A stretch of 34,919 nucleotides of DNA from an uncultured Planctomycetota bacterium (GTDB taxonomy: Bacteria > Planctomycetota > Planctomycetia > Pirellulales > Lacipirellulaceae), in NCBI GenBank assembly GCA_963719315.1, contig CAVRBU010000019.1, forward strand, positions 1 through 34,919, written 5' to 3'. Below are positions 19,332 to 30,331 of the stretch, piece after piece. How positions within the stretch are numbered: position 1 is the stretch's first letter; each line of letters begins with the position of its first letter. The notes under the pieces were generated by a model. That model was given only the letters and a program-made list of their open reading frames with translations. It was not told the DNA's origin and ran no database searches. The position numbers and the translations under genes were made by a program.

Positions 19332-19479
19332 CGGTCGAGGGTCGAGGGCCAGGAAAAACGAGCGCTTCGGCCTGCTGCTGGCGGGTGCCGCCCAGCTCGG
19401 CATCGAGCGTCGCGTCAATGAAGAGGCCGCTCTCCTCATTGTGCAGGTACACGGTGGCCGTGACCTTGATGTCGGCCAT
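19270..19479 (-). CDS. Possible small hypothetical protein or fragment
   Basis: MADIKVTATVYLHNEESGLFIDATLDAELGG reads as protein-like, but the 3' end runs through a repeat and overlaps the XRE gene. Confidence 0.3.
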   Translation of the reverse strand: MADIKVTATVYLHNEESGLFIDATLDAELGGTRQQQAEALVFPGPRPSTVKQNASQIALERHLQRACGQ

Positions 19480-19799
19480 CTTCAGCGAAATCTTCGCGAG
19501 ACTGGCCGCGGCCCCGATCGCGCCGCATTTCCGTCATCCGCCATCGAGCGGGATACAGAGCGCGGCGTCGGGAACGACCGAGAATCATCGCCAAACGGCC
19601 GTTTGCCAGCACTTGCGCCTACATTTACCTATTCTTTCCAAATTGGTCACGTGCAACACGGTCGCCCGGGTAGAATGAATCGTGGACGGGAGGTCTTCTT
19701 TCACTGTCCGACCGCGGCCTCTATGGTCGATTCTCCTTCCGGTCGCCTGCATTTTGCACGGCGGTCCGCTCTTCTCTCCTCTCACGAAGGGATCGAACC

Positions 19800-20063
19800 A
19801 TGTTTGGCGGAAATGCTAATTCCGATAAGGCTCTGCAGAAATCAGTTGATCGCCGGTTGCAACGCTCCGGAGGCGGCGCGTCGGGATTGAGGGCGGTTGT
19901 GATGGGTGGAAGCGTCACGCTGACGGGCAACCTGAGATACGAGAACCAGCGAATGCCGATTTTGAAAGCGCTTCGTGGGGTAGCCGGGGTGCGAAGTGTT
20001 CTCGACCAACTTAAAGCGCCGCCGAAGAAGATGCCGCACAGCCCGGGACAGGGTGGCGGCTGA
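19800..20063 (+). CDS. Single BON-domain protein
   Basis: SDKALQKSV...GSVTLTGNL...GVAGVRSVLDQL. Confidence 0.8.
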   Translation: MFGGNANSDKALQKSVDRRLQRSGGGASGLRAVVMGGSVTLTGNLRYENQRMPILKALRGVAGVRSVLDQLKAPPKKMPHSPGQGGG

Positions 20064-20071
20064 CCACGTCG

Positions 20072-20401
20072 CTACTGGCCAACGCCGCCAAAGGTCATGT
20101 TCGCGTTCCATCTTCTGCGAACTTCATCTTTGTCGATAGCCGTCAATTCACCCACACGAGTTTGCAGCAACGACTTCTCCGCCGTGACCAACCGGCTCAG
20201 TCGAATCACCGACGGCTTGGCAAGGCCCGCCGCTGCCCAGTCTGCCACGACTACGTCGAGCGGATCAGAATGTTGAACCGATGTGATGCGGCAAATCACC
20301 ACATCCAGTCCCACGTCAAACAGGACCAGCGCCGGGCGGGGCTTGCTCACTTGGCCTGTGGTAAACGGAAAGCGGCAAATAAAGATCTCGCCGAACTTCA
20401 T
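20072..20401 (-). CDS. PemK/MazF-family toxin
   Basis: GEIFICRFPFT...KPRPALVL, ITS, GLAKPSVIRL. Confidence 0.92.
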   Translation of the reverse strand: MKFGEIFICRFPFTTGQVSKPRPALVLFDVGLDVVICRITSVQHSDPLDVVVADWAAAGLAKPSVIRLSRLVTAEKSLLQTRVGELTAIDKDEVRRRWNANMTFGGVGQ

Positions 20402-20610
20402 GGATAGGCGTCATAGACGGCATCTTCCGGGCTGTCATCCTTCATGAACTGCTCGTACGATGCCCGACGCCACTGGTCATCCTCGGGGTCGTCTTGGATA
20501 AGAACGAGAACCTTGGCCCGCCCCGACTTGGGTAATTGCGCGAGCACCTCCGGCGGCAACACAAGTGCCGGCTCACCGCGCAATTCCGTCTCGAACTCAA
20601 TCGAACTCAT
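20398..20610 (-). CDS. Putative antitoxin partner of the MazF toxin
   Basis: 70-aa acidic ORF ending EDAVYDAYP; ATGA overlap with the toxin start. Confidence 0.8.
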   Translation of the reverse strand: MSSIEFETELRGEPALVLPPEVLAQLPKSGRAKVLVLIQDDPEDDQWRRASYEQFMKDDSPEDAVYDAYP

Positions 20611-20666
20611 GTTAACATCGTACGCCGCCGACAAACCCAATGCAATGTCGGCACGATTTCGGTAAG

Positions 20667-21539
20667 CTACAGCAAATCCTCCAGCCGCTCCCGCGGGTCT
20701 TCCATGCTGTCGGCCATCTTGCCGAGGGCTTCGGTCTCGATCTGCCGCACGCGCTCGCGGGTTAGGCCGAGTTGCTCGCCGATTTCTTTGAGCGTGCGTG
20801 GCTCGTGGCTGTCGAGGCCGAACCGCATCCGCAGCACGGTGGCCTCGCGCTGGTCCATCGTGGTGAGCATGTCCATTACGTGCAGCAGGCAATCGTTTTC
20901 GACGAGGGCGTCATCCGGCGACTGCTGCCGCTCGTCCATCACCATGTCGCCGAGCGTCCAGCCGGCCTCGCTCTGGTCGGTTTGCGGCGTGGCGTTGTAG
21001 ATCTTGATCGCCTTCTTGATGATCGGCAATTTCTTCTTCGCCAGGCCGAGAACGCGGGCGATTTCCTCCGGCGTCGGAGTGCGGCCCAGCTCTTCGGTCA
21101 GCCGCGCCGTGGCCCGCCGCCACTTGCTGAGCAGCTCGACCATGTACGCCGGAATCCGGATCGTTTTGCCCGTGTTGATGAGGGCCCGCTTGATCGACTG
21201 CTTGATCCAGTAGCTGGCATAGGTGCTGAACCGCGTGCCGTGCGCCGGGTCGAAGCCCTCGACCGCCCGCAGCAGGCCGAGGTTGCCTTCTTCGATAAGA
21301 TCTTGCAGTCCGAGGCCTTTGCCCGAATAGCCGCGAGCGATGTTCACGACGAGTCGCAGATTGGCGCGCACCATTCGATCGCGGGCCGCCGTGTCTCCCT
21401 GGCCGATCCGCGTGGCGAGTTCCTTCTCCTCCTTGGCATTGAGCAACGCCGTCTCGTTGATTTCGCGGAGATACGTCTCGAGCGGCGTTTGAACGGCGCT
21501 GCCCGCTTTGCGCTTCTTGGGCGTAGTAGAGGTGGCCAT
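20667..21539 (-). CDS. RNA polymerase sigma-70 factor, RpoD/RpoS-like, lacking region 1.1
   Basis: LETYLREI, ANLRLVVNIA, DLIEEGNLGL, RFSTYASYWI, TLKEIG...TRERVRQIE. Confidence 0.95.
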   Translation of the reverse strand: MATSTTPKKRKAGSAVQTPLETYLREINETALLNAKEEKELATRIGQGDTAARDRMVRANLRLVVNIARGYSGKGLGLQDLIEEGNLGLLRAVEGFDPAHGTRFSTYASYWIKQSIKRALINTGKTIRIPAYMVELLSKWRRATARLTEELGRTPTPEEIARVLGLAKKKLPIIKKAIKIYNATPQTDQSEAGWTLGDMVMDERQQSPDDALVENDCLLHVMDMLTTMDQREATVLRMRFGLDSHEPRTLKEIGEQLGLTRERVRQIETEALGKMADSMEDPRERLEDLL

Positions 21540-21840
21540 CGTGGGTTCGCGGCGTCCGGGAGGGAAGGTCAGGATGTGGAATGCGCAAGCCGGGAGCCCG
21601 GAGCAGGGAGGAAGAACCTCGGCAGCTCCACCGCCTTGCTCCGAGCTTCCTGCTCCTACAAACTCCATCGACTCGCGGACGCTAGCATCTGCATATTGGG
21701 CAAGATACGTAGCGCTACGCCGAATGTGCTCCGCATTCGGGCCGTATCAAAGAAAACGGCACAACGGGTTAAGCGCACCCGTTGTGCCGTAAGGCCTTCC
21801 TAATTCTCCCTCGCCCTCGGGGAGAGGGTTCTGAAATCGC

Positions 21841-23649
21841 TCAACTATCGGTCTGGGCCGCATCTGCGGATTCTTCCGCGCCCTCCGACTCAGGCGCGGC
21901 CGGTTTGAAGAGCGGACCCGTGCCGGAGCCGACGCCACCCTTGAGTTCCACATTCGCCCCGTTGGCGGCAGCCAGCGCTTCTTCATCTTGGCCGAGATCG
22001 TCTTCAGCCCACTCGACGCGCTTCCGCGACAGGCCGATCTTCCGCTCATCCGCATCGACGCGCAAGATCTTCACTTCGATCTCGTCGCCGACTTTCACGA
22101 CGTCCTCCGGATTCTCGACCTTGTGCTCGGCCAGCTCCGAAATGTGGAGCAGTCCTTCCAGGCCGTCCTCCAAGCCGACGAACACGCCGAAGTTCGTGAT
22201 CTTCGTGACCTTGCCCGTAACGAGTTGGCCAGGCTGATAACGGCCCGGGATATCGGTCGCCCACGGATCGTCATCCATCTGCTTGAGCCCCAGCGCGATT
22301 CGCCGCCGCTCTTGGTCGACGCTCACGACCTTGCACTCGACTTCCTGGCCCTTCTCGACCACTTCGCTTGGATGGCCGATCTTGCGGGTCCAAGACATAT
22401 CGCTCACGTGCAGCAGGCCGTCGATCCCTTCCTCGATCTCGATGAACGCGCCGTAGTTCGTCAGATTGCGAACGCGGCCTTTCACCAAAGCGCCCGGCGG
22501 GTAGCGGTCGGCGACCTTGTCCCACGGGTTCGACTGCGTCTGCTTCATGCCGAGCGAAATCTCTTGTTTCTCTTTGTTGATGTCGAGAACCTGGACCTCG
22601 ACTTCCTGGTCGATGTGCACGAGCTCGCTCGGGTGGCTGATCCGCTTCGTCCACGACATCTCGCTGATGTGCACCAGCCCTTCGATGCCATCTTCGAGCT
22701 TCACGAACGCGCCATAGCTCATCACGTTCACAACCGTGCCTTTCACGGTCGAGCCGACTGGGTACTTCTCCGGCACGTGTTCCCACGGGCTCGCGCTTTT
22801 CTGCTTCAAACCGAGGGCGATTTTCTCCTTTTCGTAATCGATGTGGAGCACCATCACCTCGATCTGGTCATCGATCTTTACGACTTCCGATGGGTGATTG
22901 ATGCGGCCCCAACTCATATCCGTAATGTGTAGCAGGCCGTCGATGCCGCCGAGGTCGACGAACGCGCCGAAATCGGCGATGTTCTTCACCACGCCCTTGC
23001 GAAGCTGATTGACTTCCAACTGCTTGAGCAGTTCCGACTTCTTCTGGGCCCGCTCGGCCTCGATGAGACTCCGCCGGCTGACGACGATATTCCGCCGCGC
23101 CTCGTCGATCTTGAGCACGAGGCACTTGATTTCCTTGCCGATGTATTCGCCGATGTCGTGCGGCCGGCGGATATCCACCTGGCTGGCCGGCAGGAAAACG
23201 TTGACGCCGATGTCGACCAACAGGCCGCCCTTGATCTTCCGAGTCACCAGGCCGGAGACGACGTCGTTTTCGTGGACGGTCTCCATGACCTTCATCCACT
23301 TTTCGATCTTCTCGGCCTTGCGCTTGCTGAGGACGATCATCCCGCGATCGTCTTGCCGGCCTTGCACGTCTTCCGTGTCTTCGACGAGCACGCGAATGAT
23401 CTCCCCGATCTCGGGGATTACATCGCCTTCTTCCCACTCGTTGCGGGGAATGATGCCTTCGCTTTTGTAACCGACGTCGACCAGGATGAAGTCATCGTCC
23501 ACGCGAAGGACTTTGCCCTCGACGATTTGATTGGGGCCAACGTCTCCGCCTTTGAGCCAGTCCATGTCCTCGGGCAGAACGTCGCCGACGGCAATACTCC
23601 AGTCCTCATCCGATACGTCAAACTCTCGAACTAAATTGCGATTAACCAT
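21841..23649 (-). CDS. rpsA: 30S ribosomal protein S1
   Basis: Six S1 repeats (FGAFV..., GLLHI/VS); start set at MVNRNL. Confidence 0.98.
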   Translation of the reverse strand: MVNRNLVREFDVSDEDWSIAVGDVLPEDMDWLKGGDVGPNQIVEGKVLRVDDDFILVDVGYKSEGIIPRNEWEEGDVIPEIGEIIRVLVEDTEDVQGRQDDRGMIVLSKRKAEKIEKWMKVMETVHENDVVSGLVTRKIKGGLLVDIGVNVFLPASQVDIRRPHDIGEYIGKEIKCLVLKIDEARRNIVVSRRSLIEAERAQKKSELLKQLEVNQLRKGVVKNIADFGAFVDLGGIDGLLHITDMSWGRINHPSEVVKIDDQIEVMVLHIDYEKEKIALGLKQKSASPWEHVPEKYPVGSTVKGTVVNVMSYGAFVKLEDGIEGLVHISEMSWTKRISHPSELVHIDQEVEVQVLDINKEKQEISLGMKQTQSNPWDKVADRYPPGALVKGRVRNLTNYGAFIEIEEGIDGLLHVSDMSWTRKIGHPSEVVEKGQEVECKVVSVDQERRRIALGLKQMDDDPWATDIPGRYQPGQLVTGKVTKITNFGVFVGLEDGLEGLLHISELAEHKVENPEDVVKVGDEIEVKILRVDADERKIGLSRKRVEWAEDDLGQDEEALAAANGANVELKGGVGSGTGPLFKPAAPESEGAEESADAAQTDS

Positions 23650-23935
23650 AAAAAGGGGTAACGAAATTGTTGGGGCGGACGCCGAACCGTTCGCGCGACA
23701 CGCCAGGTGAAAGGGAACTAAAACTGCCTGGCCAATAGCTAACAACTAAGACCTAACGGCTTCACAATGGGGAACCCAACATCATACCGGATATGGCTTT
23801 GTGATTCAATTGGAGCGTGAAACCGTCAGATGAGAGGCATTTGTCAGCAGATGACACCGGTTGCCACTGGCTTGCTCGGCTGAGCTTGCCGAAGTCTTTC
23901 GCATCATTAGCATGTCAAATCTGCCTACTCAAAAA

Positions 23936-24020
23936 GTAGGTCCCGCTTGCCGAGCGGGACCTTGCAGTCGTCGCAAAGTTCAATGAATCGCAAAGTTCCC
24001 TCCCTGCAGAAGGAATCTAC
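23936..24020. repeat. GTAG-footed REP-like inverted doublet, same family as 1401-1486
   Basis: GTAGGTCCCGCTTGCCGAGCGGGACCT ... GCAGAAGGAATCTAC. Confidence 0.7.
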
Positions 24021-24178
24021 AAGACTTTTGAGACAAAGCCTCGCCCGCATCCAATCGCGGCTTAGCAGTTTGGAGAATTGAATTCAGTCACTTTGGCAGC
24101 AAGGGTCTGGCCCCTCGGCAAGCTCAGGCCAGGCAAAAAGAGCACTCGCCGCGGGAGCGGCACTCGGCGACTGGCCAT

Positions 24179-25183
24179 CTACTTGGCCCGGACCAGCTTC
24201 ATGATGCGGCCCGAGGCGTTCCAATCCTGCACATAGAGGTTGCCGTCTTTGTCCCAGCAGGAGCCATGCGCGGCGTTGAAGATGCCCTCTTTCCATTGAT
24301 CTTGAAGGACGTTGTAGTTCCCTCGTGTGCTGGGGTCTGCGTTGTGGCCGAGGACGGCAATGATGGTATTGCTCTTGTCGAGAATGACCAATCGGCCCTG
24401 CAAATCCGGCACGGAGACATAGTCGCCGTGAATGGAAGCGGAGGTCGGCATTCCGAGACCAGTCACCACCTCGGCGATGAAGTTACCATCGAGGTCGTAA
24501 TGCAGCAGGCGCCCTTTGGGCTCGTGGTTGCGGTCGCAGATCAACAAGCGCGGTGGGTCGTACCGCGTGTCAAGCACCATGCCGTGGGCGGTATGGAATT
24601 CCTTGCGGGCGTTCCCTTGGGATCCAAAGTACTTCAGGTATTTGCCCGTCTTATCAAACTTGAAAATATGATCGCTCGCGTAACCATCGGAAAGAAAGAT
24701 ATCGCCATTGGGGGCGACGGCGATTGCCGTGGGGTTGAACTTCTTGAGATCGAGTTCTGATTCCTTAGGAAACGGCAGCTTCAAGACGATTTCACCCGTT
24801 TGCGCGTTGAACTTGAGGCCCTCGGCGTTCGCGTTGCGGGCGGCATAAATGAACTCCGTGCCATCTTCGTCGCGGATCTTCATGTCGTGAATCGCCGAGT
24901 ATTTGTCTCCCAGGAAGGAGCGAATCACTGTGCCATCCGGCGAAAACACGACGACGCCTTTGATGGCGCTGGTATAGATGTTGCCGGCCTTGTCGATCGC
25001 GACCGCACCGTGCGTTGGCCCGAGGGCCGAATGTCCGTTGGGCAGAAGTCCCCAGCCGGGCACCGTGTCGAACGTCATCACGCCACAGCCCATGCGCACA
25101 GGCTGGGCCGTTTCCGCCGAATGAACGGGCGGCGTAATAAGAAGAACGAGCGCGGCGGCCAGGTAAAGAAAGTCGTTTTTCAT
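24179..25183 (-). CDS. Secreted NHL-repeat beta-propeller protein
   Basis: Signal peptide; PTAIAVAPNGDIFLSDGY, HGSCWDKDGNLYVQDWN. Confidence 0.85.
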   Translation of the reverse strand: MKNDFLYLAAALVLLITPPVHSAETAQPVRMGCGVMTFDTVPGWGLLPNGHSALGPTHGAVAIDKAGNIYTSAIKGVVVFSPDGTVIRSFLGDKYSAIHDMKIRDEDGTEFIYAARNANAEGLKFNAQTGEIVLKLPFPKESELDLKKFNPTAIAVAPNGDIFLSDGYASDHIFKFDKTGKYLKYFGSQGNARKEFHTAHGMVLDTRYDPPRLLICDRNHEPKGRLLHYDLDGNFIAEVVTGLGMPTSASIHGDYVSVPDLQGRLVILDKSNTIIAVLGHNADPSTRGNYNVLQDQWKEGIFNAAHGSCWDKDGNLYVQDWNASGRIMKLVRAK

Positions 25184-25322
25184 GATGTGGATTCCTAAGT
25201 TACGATCGAGCGCTGCGAGATTAACAGTATCGCGACGTTACCGCTGCAATTCAACCATTCAGGTGTTGGATCGAAACAATCGCGATTTGCAAAAGACTGG
25301 GCCTTGCCCTCAGAACGCGAAA

Positions 25323-25754
25323 CTAATCCGCTGGCCACGGGTCATACGTCCCGAAGTTCCAGATGTGACCCTCGAGGTCGCGACACGTGAAGCCGCGGCC
25401 GCCGTAGTCCTCCGTCTTGATATCGACGAGGATCTCAGCGCCGGCTGACTTGGCCCGCTTGTACACCGCGTCGGCATCGTTGACGATCACGCATGCACAC
25501 TGCGTTTCACAGCCGCCGATCTCATCCGGCTGTTTGATATAACGCCAGAAGGGCGTGTCCTTGATCGAACCGCACATGATCATGCCGTTGCCAAAGCTCA
25601 ACTCGGCGTGCATGATCGTACCGCCTTCGCCCGGATAGACGGCGTGCTTCTCGAAGCCGAACGCGTTGCACAACCACTCGATGGCGGTGGCCGCGTCGCG
25701 ATAACCCATGCCTGGAATGACCGTGGACCGCGTGTTCTTAGCAAGCGACGACAT
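25323..25754 (-). CDS. VOC / glyoxalase-bleomycin resistance family protein
   Basis: YRDAATAIEWLCNAFGF, HAELSFG, YGGRGFTCRDLEGHIWNFG. Confidence 0.93.
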   Translation of the reverse strand: MSSLAKNTRSTVIPGMGYRDAATAIEWLCNAFGFEKHAVYPGEGGTIMHAELSFGNGMIMCGSIKDTPFWRYIKQPDEIGGCETQCACVIVNDADAVYKRAKSAGAEILVDIKTEDYGGRGFTCRDLEGHIWNFGTYDPWPAD

Positions 25755-25819
25755 CGTTTCTTCCTTCCACTGCTGATACCATGACGATATCGTCGGCCCG
25801 TCAATATTGGCAACCCCTC

Positions 25820-26074
25820 ATGACGTTTCAACTTATCTTCTGGTCGATCCTTGCCGTGGCGGCGCTCGTCGTCGTGCCGATCGCGATGGTCTGGAGCATG
25901 GTCCAGCACCTGCGTGGCCGCGGCAGCCAGCGCACCGGCTCGGGCGGCATCTCCGCCGGTATCGGCGCGGCGATGCAGGAAATAGACCGTTTGATGACGC
26001 GCCCATCCGTCGAACACCAGGTCGAAACCGAACAGCCTACTTTGAAACGCGAAGACGACAGCGGCGGCGAATGA
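25820..26074 (+). CDS. Small single-pass membrane protein
   Basis: N-terminal hydrophobic helix; AMQEIDRLMTRPSVEH. Confidence 0.65.
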   Translation: MTFQLIFWSILAVAALVVVPIAMVWSMVQHLRGRGSQRTGSGGISAGIGAAMQEIDRLMTRPSVEHQVETEQPTLKREDDSGGE

Positions 26075-26123
26075 CCGTGCGCCTTGGTAGCAGCACTCGG
26101 CACATCGCGGTGGCCAAGGCCGC

Positions 26124-27638
26124 TCACTCCGGTGGCTCGCCGTCCAAGCCCAGAGTTTTTTTCGCGAAGTCGCAGCAACGCGCGAGCTGGTTCTGTTCGC
26201 GTCCCGCCGCCCAATAGAACTTGAGCAGTTCGTCCCGATCGTTGGTGGTTGCCAGATGCGCTTCGAGATAATCCAATCGCGCTTCGCCCGTTAGCGCTTC
26301 GGGCGCGTTCCGAAGTAGGTCGAGCGGCGCCACTCTCTCCATGCCCACGCGATGCTTCGTCACCGATTTCGCATGACCCTCGACCTGGACCGTGTTCGGG
26401 AACTCCTCGAATTCATAGTCGATGTGCTCGAACGTCGAGAATGGTTCGCCGGCGTGAATTTTGAAGTCGGAGCGTTGATCGCGGACGTTCTCCGCGTAGA
26501 CCGATTCCTCCCACAACACAACCGCCGACCGCGTCGGGTCAACGACATTGACCTGCCCGCCGCCCCACCGGCCGACAATGCCGCCAGGAATCGTGAATTC
26601 CTGTTCGCGTGCGAGCGGGGTCGGCTCGACGACCGATATCGTGTGACGCCCTTCGCCCGCCGCCAGCTTTCGCCGGCCGAATGGGGCGATGTCGGCTTGC
26701 TCGCTCGAATCAAGTCGCACCTTGAGCGGCTTCGACAGGCCGTTCACCACAAAAACATCGCGATTCCGAGCATAATATCGATCGAGACTGATGAGCCCGA
26801 CCAGCACCGCCGCGGCCACCCCCGACCACCACACGGCCCGCCGCTTGTACCAGGGAATAGGCGCGAGCACGCTGCCATACTGGCCGAGCGCAGCCTCGCT
26901 CTTCTCGACTGCTTTGCGAAACTTCTTTTCGTTGGCGGCCGCCGGGGACGCATCGACGACCATCTTGAACACCCGCGCCGACGACGCATGGTCACCCGCC
27001 GATTGATACGCCTGGGCCAATGTGAAGAACACACTCGGATCGAAAAACGTCGACGGCGGAACCATCGCGGCGAGCATCGCCTCGGCCTCTCGCGGCTTGC
27101 CCGCCTGCAGCAAGCCGACCGCCGCGGCCCGCTGCGCTCCGGGATGCTTCGGGTCAACCGCCAGCGCCCGATCGAAACACTGGTCTGCCCGTTGCGATTG
27201 ACCGATGCGCTCGAACCAAGCGCCCAGATACATCAACACTTCCGCGTTGTTGCCAAACCGGCTCACCATCGCGTCGGAGTACTGCCCGGCTTCTTCCCGT
27301 TTGCCGCAAGCCGCCATCGTGGCGTGGCACTCGATGGCATGCTCCGGTGAATCGGGGTTCGCATCGACCTCGGCGATCGCGCCGCTAATAGCGTTCGCCT
27401 GCACCTCGCGCCACTTGTCGATCGGCATCACCCGGTGCCGCGTGCACCGTCCACAGTAATTGAGAATCTGTTGTCGCGTCAGCGGAATAATGGGGATGAA
27501 GAATACGGTGAACCACAGCCGCGTTTCGTAATTCGACAACGGCCCCGGCCGCTTGCACGATTCGCACACCCCTTGCCGCACCTGCAAATCTCGTTTGCCA
27601 ATGTAAGCCGTGCCGATGCCATTAACTCGTGTAGGCAT
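26124..27638 (-). CDS. Membrane protein with N-terminal zinc ribbon and TPR repeats
   Basis: CESC...WFTVFFIPIIP...CGRC, TPR-like helices, one central TM segment. Confidence 0.8.
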   Translation of the reverse strand: MPTRVNGIGTAYIGKRDLQVRQGVCESCKRPGPLSNYETRLWFTVFFIPIIPLTRQQILNYCGRCTRHRVMPIDKWREVQANAISGAIAEVDANPDSPEHAIECHATMAACGKREEAGQYSDAMVSRFGNNAEVLMYLGAWFERIGQSQRADQCFDRALAVDPKHPGAQRAAAVGLLQAGKPREAEAMLAAMVPPSTFFDPSVFFTLAQAYQSAGDHASSARVFKMVVDASPAAANEKKFRKAVEKSEAALGQYGSVLAPIPWYKRRAVWWSGVAAAVLVGLISLDRYYARNRDVFVVNGLSKPLKVRLDSSEQADIAPFGRRKLAAGEGRHTISVVEPTPLAREQEFTIPGGIVGRWGGGQVNVVDPTRSAVVLWEESVYAENVRDQRSDFKIHAGEPFSTFEHIDYEFEEFPNTVQVEGHAKSVTKHRVGMERVAPLDLLRNAPEALTGEARLDYLEAHLATTNDRDELLKFYWAAGREQNQLARCCDFAKKTLGLDGEPPE

Positions 27639-27838
27639 GAAGCCACTCCTAAGCTTCGGGGCGAGAACTACAAAGGGATACAGCCGAGGTCTATGACGCT
27701 AAAACCCTCGCGCACCCCACGCATAATTCGGTAAGTTCCCACCCCAAGATTTCGATGAGTATACCTACGCATTGGCAAATTGCCAGCAGCAGCGAAGCGG
27801 CTCGCACACTTTCGCTCCAGACCCCTAAACCCTGAACC

Positions 27839-28339
27839 CTACTTCTCCACATCCCCTTTCGCATCGTCCACTGCCTGCTGCGCACGCTCCACCCGTTTCT
27901 GCTGCCGCTCGTACGACTGCACCTCCGGCATCGCTGCCAACTTCTCCTCGACGCGCTTCGCTTCCGGCGTGCCTGGCGTTTTGATCTTGGCCATCACTTC
28001 ATTGACCTTCACTAATGGGGCCGTAAGCGAGGACTGCTTTTCCTGCGCGTCTTTCTGTGCCGCGATCAAGTTGTCGATTGTCTTATCGAGTTCGTCTTTT
28101 TTTTTACCATCGGCTTTCTTGCCGTCGGCCGGTTTTTCCCCATCTTCTGCTGGCGCGGTAACTGGTTGATTCAACACGTCTCCCAACCCCGCGAGCGCCG
28201 CATTCGCCGATTCCTCTGGCGTCGTTCCGGCGATCTCCCTGCAAACGGCATTCACCGCCGTCTGCCGGGCCACATCGTACGCCGGCCGCAAGTTATCGAG
28301 TCGCGCTGCGCCGCTCCAATTCGCGAACCGCCGCATCAT
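27839..28339 (-). CDS. Hypothetical charged helical protein
   Basis: 166-aa ORF, K/E/A-rich, GGAAAAG before the start. Confidence 0.55.
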   Translation of the reverse strand: MMRRFANWSGAARLDNLRPAYDVARQTAVNAVCREIAGTTPEESANAALAGLGDVLNQPVTAPAEDGEKPADGKKADGKKKDELDKTIDNLIAAQKDAQEKQSSLTAPLVKVNEVMAKIKTPGTPEAKRVEEKLAAMPEVQSYERQQKRVERAQQAVDDAKGDVEK

Positions 28340-28638
28340 ACTTTTCCTGCGGCGATTGGCCGCAGCCGCTTAGCGCTAGCAACAGAAGTGTCAGAGAAAG
28401 AAGTCGCAGCATGACCGAACCTCCCCAAGTTAGGGCAAATAGATTCCGTGGCGTTCGGTCCAGTATAGCCCCATTACCTGTATTTCAATGGCTTTGACAA
28501 CCACTTTGTCGAATCTGAACCCACTCCCCGCGCCCTCCGTTTCCCCTGTTTCTTCCGGTTGCCGCGGTTCCCAACACGTTCGTCACACCGTCCCCAGGCC
28601 TCTAAGAAATAAGACAATTCGCCAAGACGACATAAATG

Positions 28639-28674
28639 AAAAACCCCGCCGGCTCGAACGAGTCGGCGGGGTTT
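28639..28674 (-). terminator. Intrinsic terminator after the substrate-binding protein gene
   Basis: AAACCCCGCCGGCTC-GAAC-GAGTCGGCGGGGTTT hairpin with a T run on the minus strand. Confidence 0.75.
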
Positions 28675-28705
28675 GTTGTTGCAGACGATCATGCTGCAGG
28701 CGTCG

Positions 28706-29791
28706 TCACTTTGTTCGCGAATTACTGGTTTGCGCTTGTGCACGCCATTTTGTGCCGCTTGCTTGAAGTTGGGCAACCGCTGCGAGGGCCGGAACCGGTC
28801 GCGTTTGCATGCGTCGACGGAAGGCCGAGAGATTCGACTTCATTACGACTTCTCCGCAAAGTGTTATCTTCCCGTGACCGGCGACTGGCAACTCCATCGC
28901 GTCACCGCGGCAGTAGCGGGCAAGTTGCTTCACCGCTTCGTAGCCATCGCGATATTCGTCCTCGCTTATGGCGAAGTCCACCCGACCATCATCAATAGCG
29001 TCGAGCACCACCGCCGAGGGGTCGAAGGCAATCAGTGGTACGTGCCTGCCTGGAGATCGTTGTGCCAACGCCGCGAGCGCCGCTTCAGCGGCTCGCGTAT
29101 CGAAGGCGACGATGCACACCAATTCCGCGTCAGCTAACGTGGCCGGCAAGCCCCAAGTCATCTGAGTCACTTCGTTCAGGTCCACGGGAATGTGGACTAT
29201 GATGGGGGAATCGTCCCCTGCCAATTCACCACATTCCTCTTTGAAACCCAATAGCCGTTCGCCTACTTTGGTATCGCGATCAGCATCGGAGTAAACCGTG
29301 TTCAGCAGCGCGACTTTGCCGCCGTGCAAAAATTGCGCGCGTGCCAGGTTCGCGACCATCCGACCGGCGCTTGCTGGAGAAAATCCAACGTGGCACAGGC
29401 GGCGTGTTTCGCCGGCGTCTTTGCCGATCGTGACAAGTTTGGTTCGGGCAGCTAGTCCGTTGACGAGTTCGAGTTGCGATTCCGGCTCAGTTGGGCAAAA
29501 AGCGACGCCATCGCAATTGGCAGGGTCGATCTCACGTACCATGGCGATCTGCTCGTCGGGCCGGTTGTCGGCAATCGGCATTTCTACGCGCATTTCTACA
29601 TTGAAATCATGCGCGGCAGCTCGGGCACCCTCCAAAATGCGCAGCCAACTCTCGCTGGCGCCGCCTCCAATAAAGAGCACCCGAGTCGTCGGGCCGATGG
29701 GCTGTATTAGTAAGGCGTTGAGCCCGTACATGCACGTTGCCGCAAGCACCGCCACAAAAAGGATGCACGCCACAATCTTGGGAAAACTCAT
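28706..29791 (-). CDS. Periplasmic sugar-binding (RbsB-like) domain protein, no adjacent ABC genes
   Basis: N-terminal TM; GARAAAHDFNV, DGVAFCP, ERLLGFKE, LIAFD, YRDGYEAV. Confidence 0.8.
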   Translation of the reverse strand: MSFPKIVACILFVAVLAATCMYGLNALLIQPIGPTTRVLFIGGGASESWLRILEGARAAAHDFNVEMRVEMPIADNRPDEQIAMVREIDPANCDGVAFCPTEPESQLELVNGLAARTKLVTIGKDAGETRRLCHVGFSPASAGRMVANLARAQFLHGGKVALLNTVYSDADRDTKVGERLLGFKEECGELAGDDSPIIVHIPVDLNEVTQMTWGLPATLADAELVCIVAFDTRAAEAALAALAQRSPGRHVPLIAFDPSAVVLDAIDDGRVDFAISEDEYRDGYEAVKQLARYCRGDAMELPVAGHGKITLCGEVVMKSNLSAFRRRMQTRPVPALAAVAQLQASGTKWRAQAQTSNSRTK

Positions 29792-30331
29792 CGTGTGTTG
29801 CCTTCTCACAGGATGTTTGTGTTCGAATTCGTATCTGATCGCGCCGTTAATCGAACCGACGCATAAATCCAACGGTTGGTTCCACTTGGTCCTCACGCAG
29901 AAACCATCCACCACGCCTCCCAAAGTTAGTTCGCTGGCGGTCGAGCATTATTGGAAAATTATGGCTCAGGTTACGAGCAATCCGATTAAGCTAGCTCGTA
30001 GAGTCGGAGTCGTTGCCTACGTTTCCCTACGTCCTCGCATTGCCTACCCGATAAGACAACGAGTACCGGCGCCTTTCCCAGCCGGGCAATGCTCCCGCGT
30101 TTGCACTAAGGTTGCGCCGGCCGGCGAAAGGTTCACAAAAACATTTCGGGGCTGCCCGCTTTGCTAAGGCTTTCCCACACCAATCCGAATTGATGGGTGT
30201 CAGGCTTTCAGGACTACATCCGGACGTAACTGGCCGATAATCTGCAACAAATACTATGACTGGCATAGTTTGGCGATGTTGCCTGATTCGCCATGCGCGT
30301 TCCGAATCGAACAGTTAATCGCCGCACGATA

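Noticed and set aside
29800..30330. Riboswitch in the long leader of the sugar-binding protein gene
   Set aside because: No recognisable riboswitch consensus by eye; a cmscan search would be needed.
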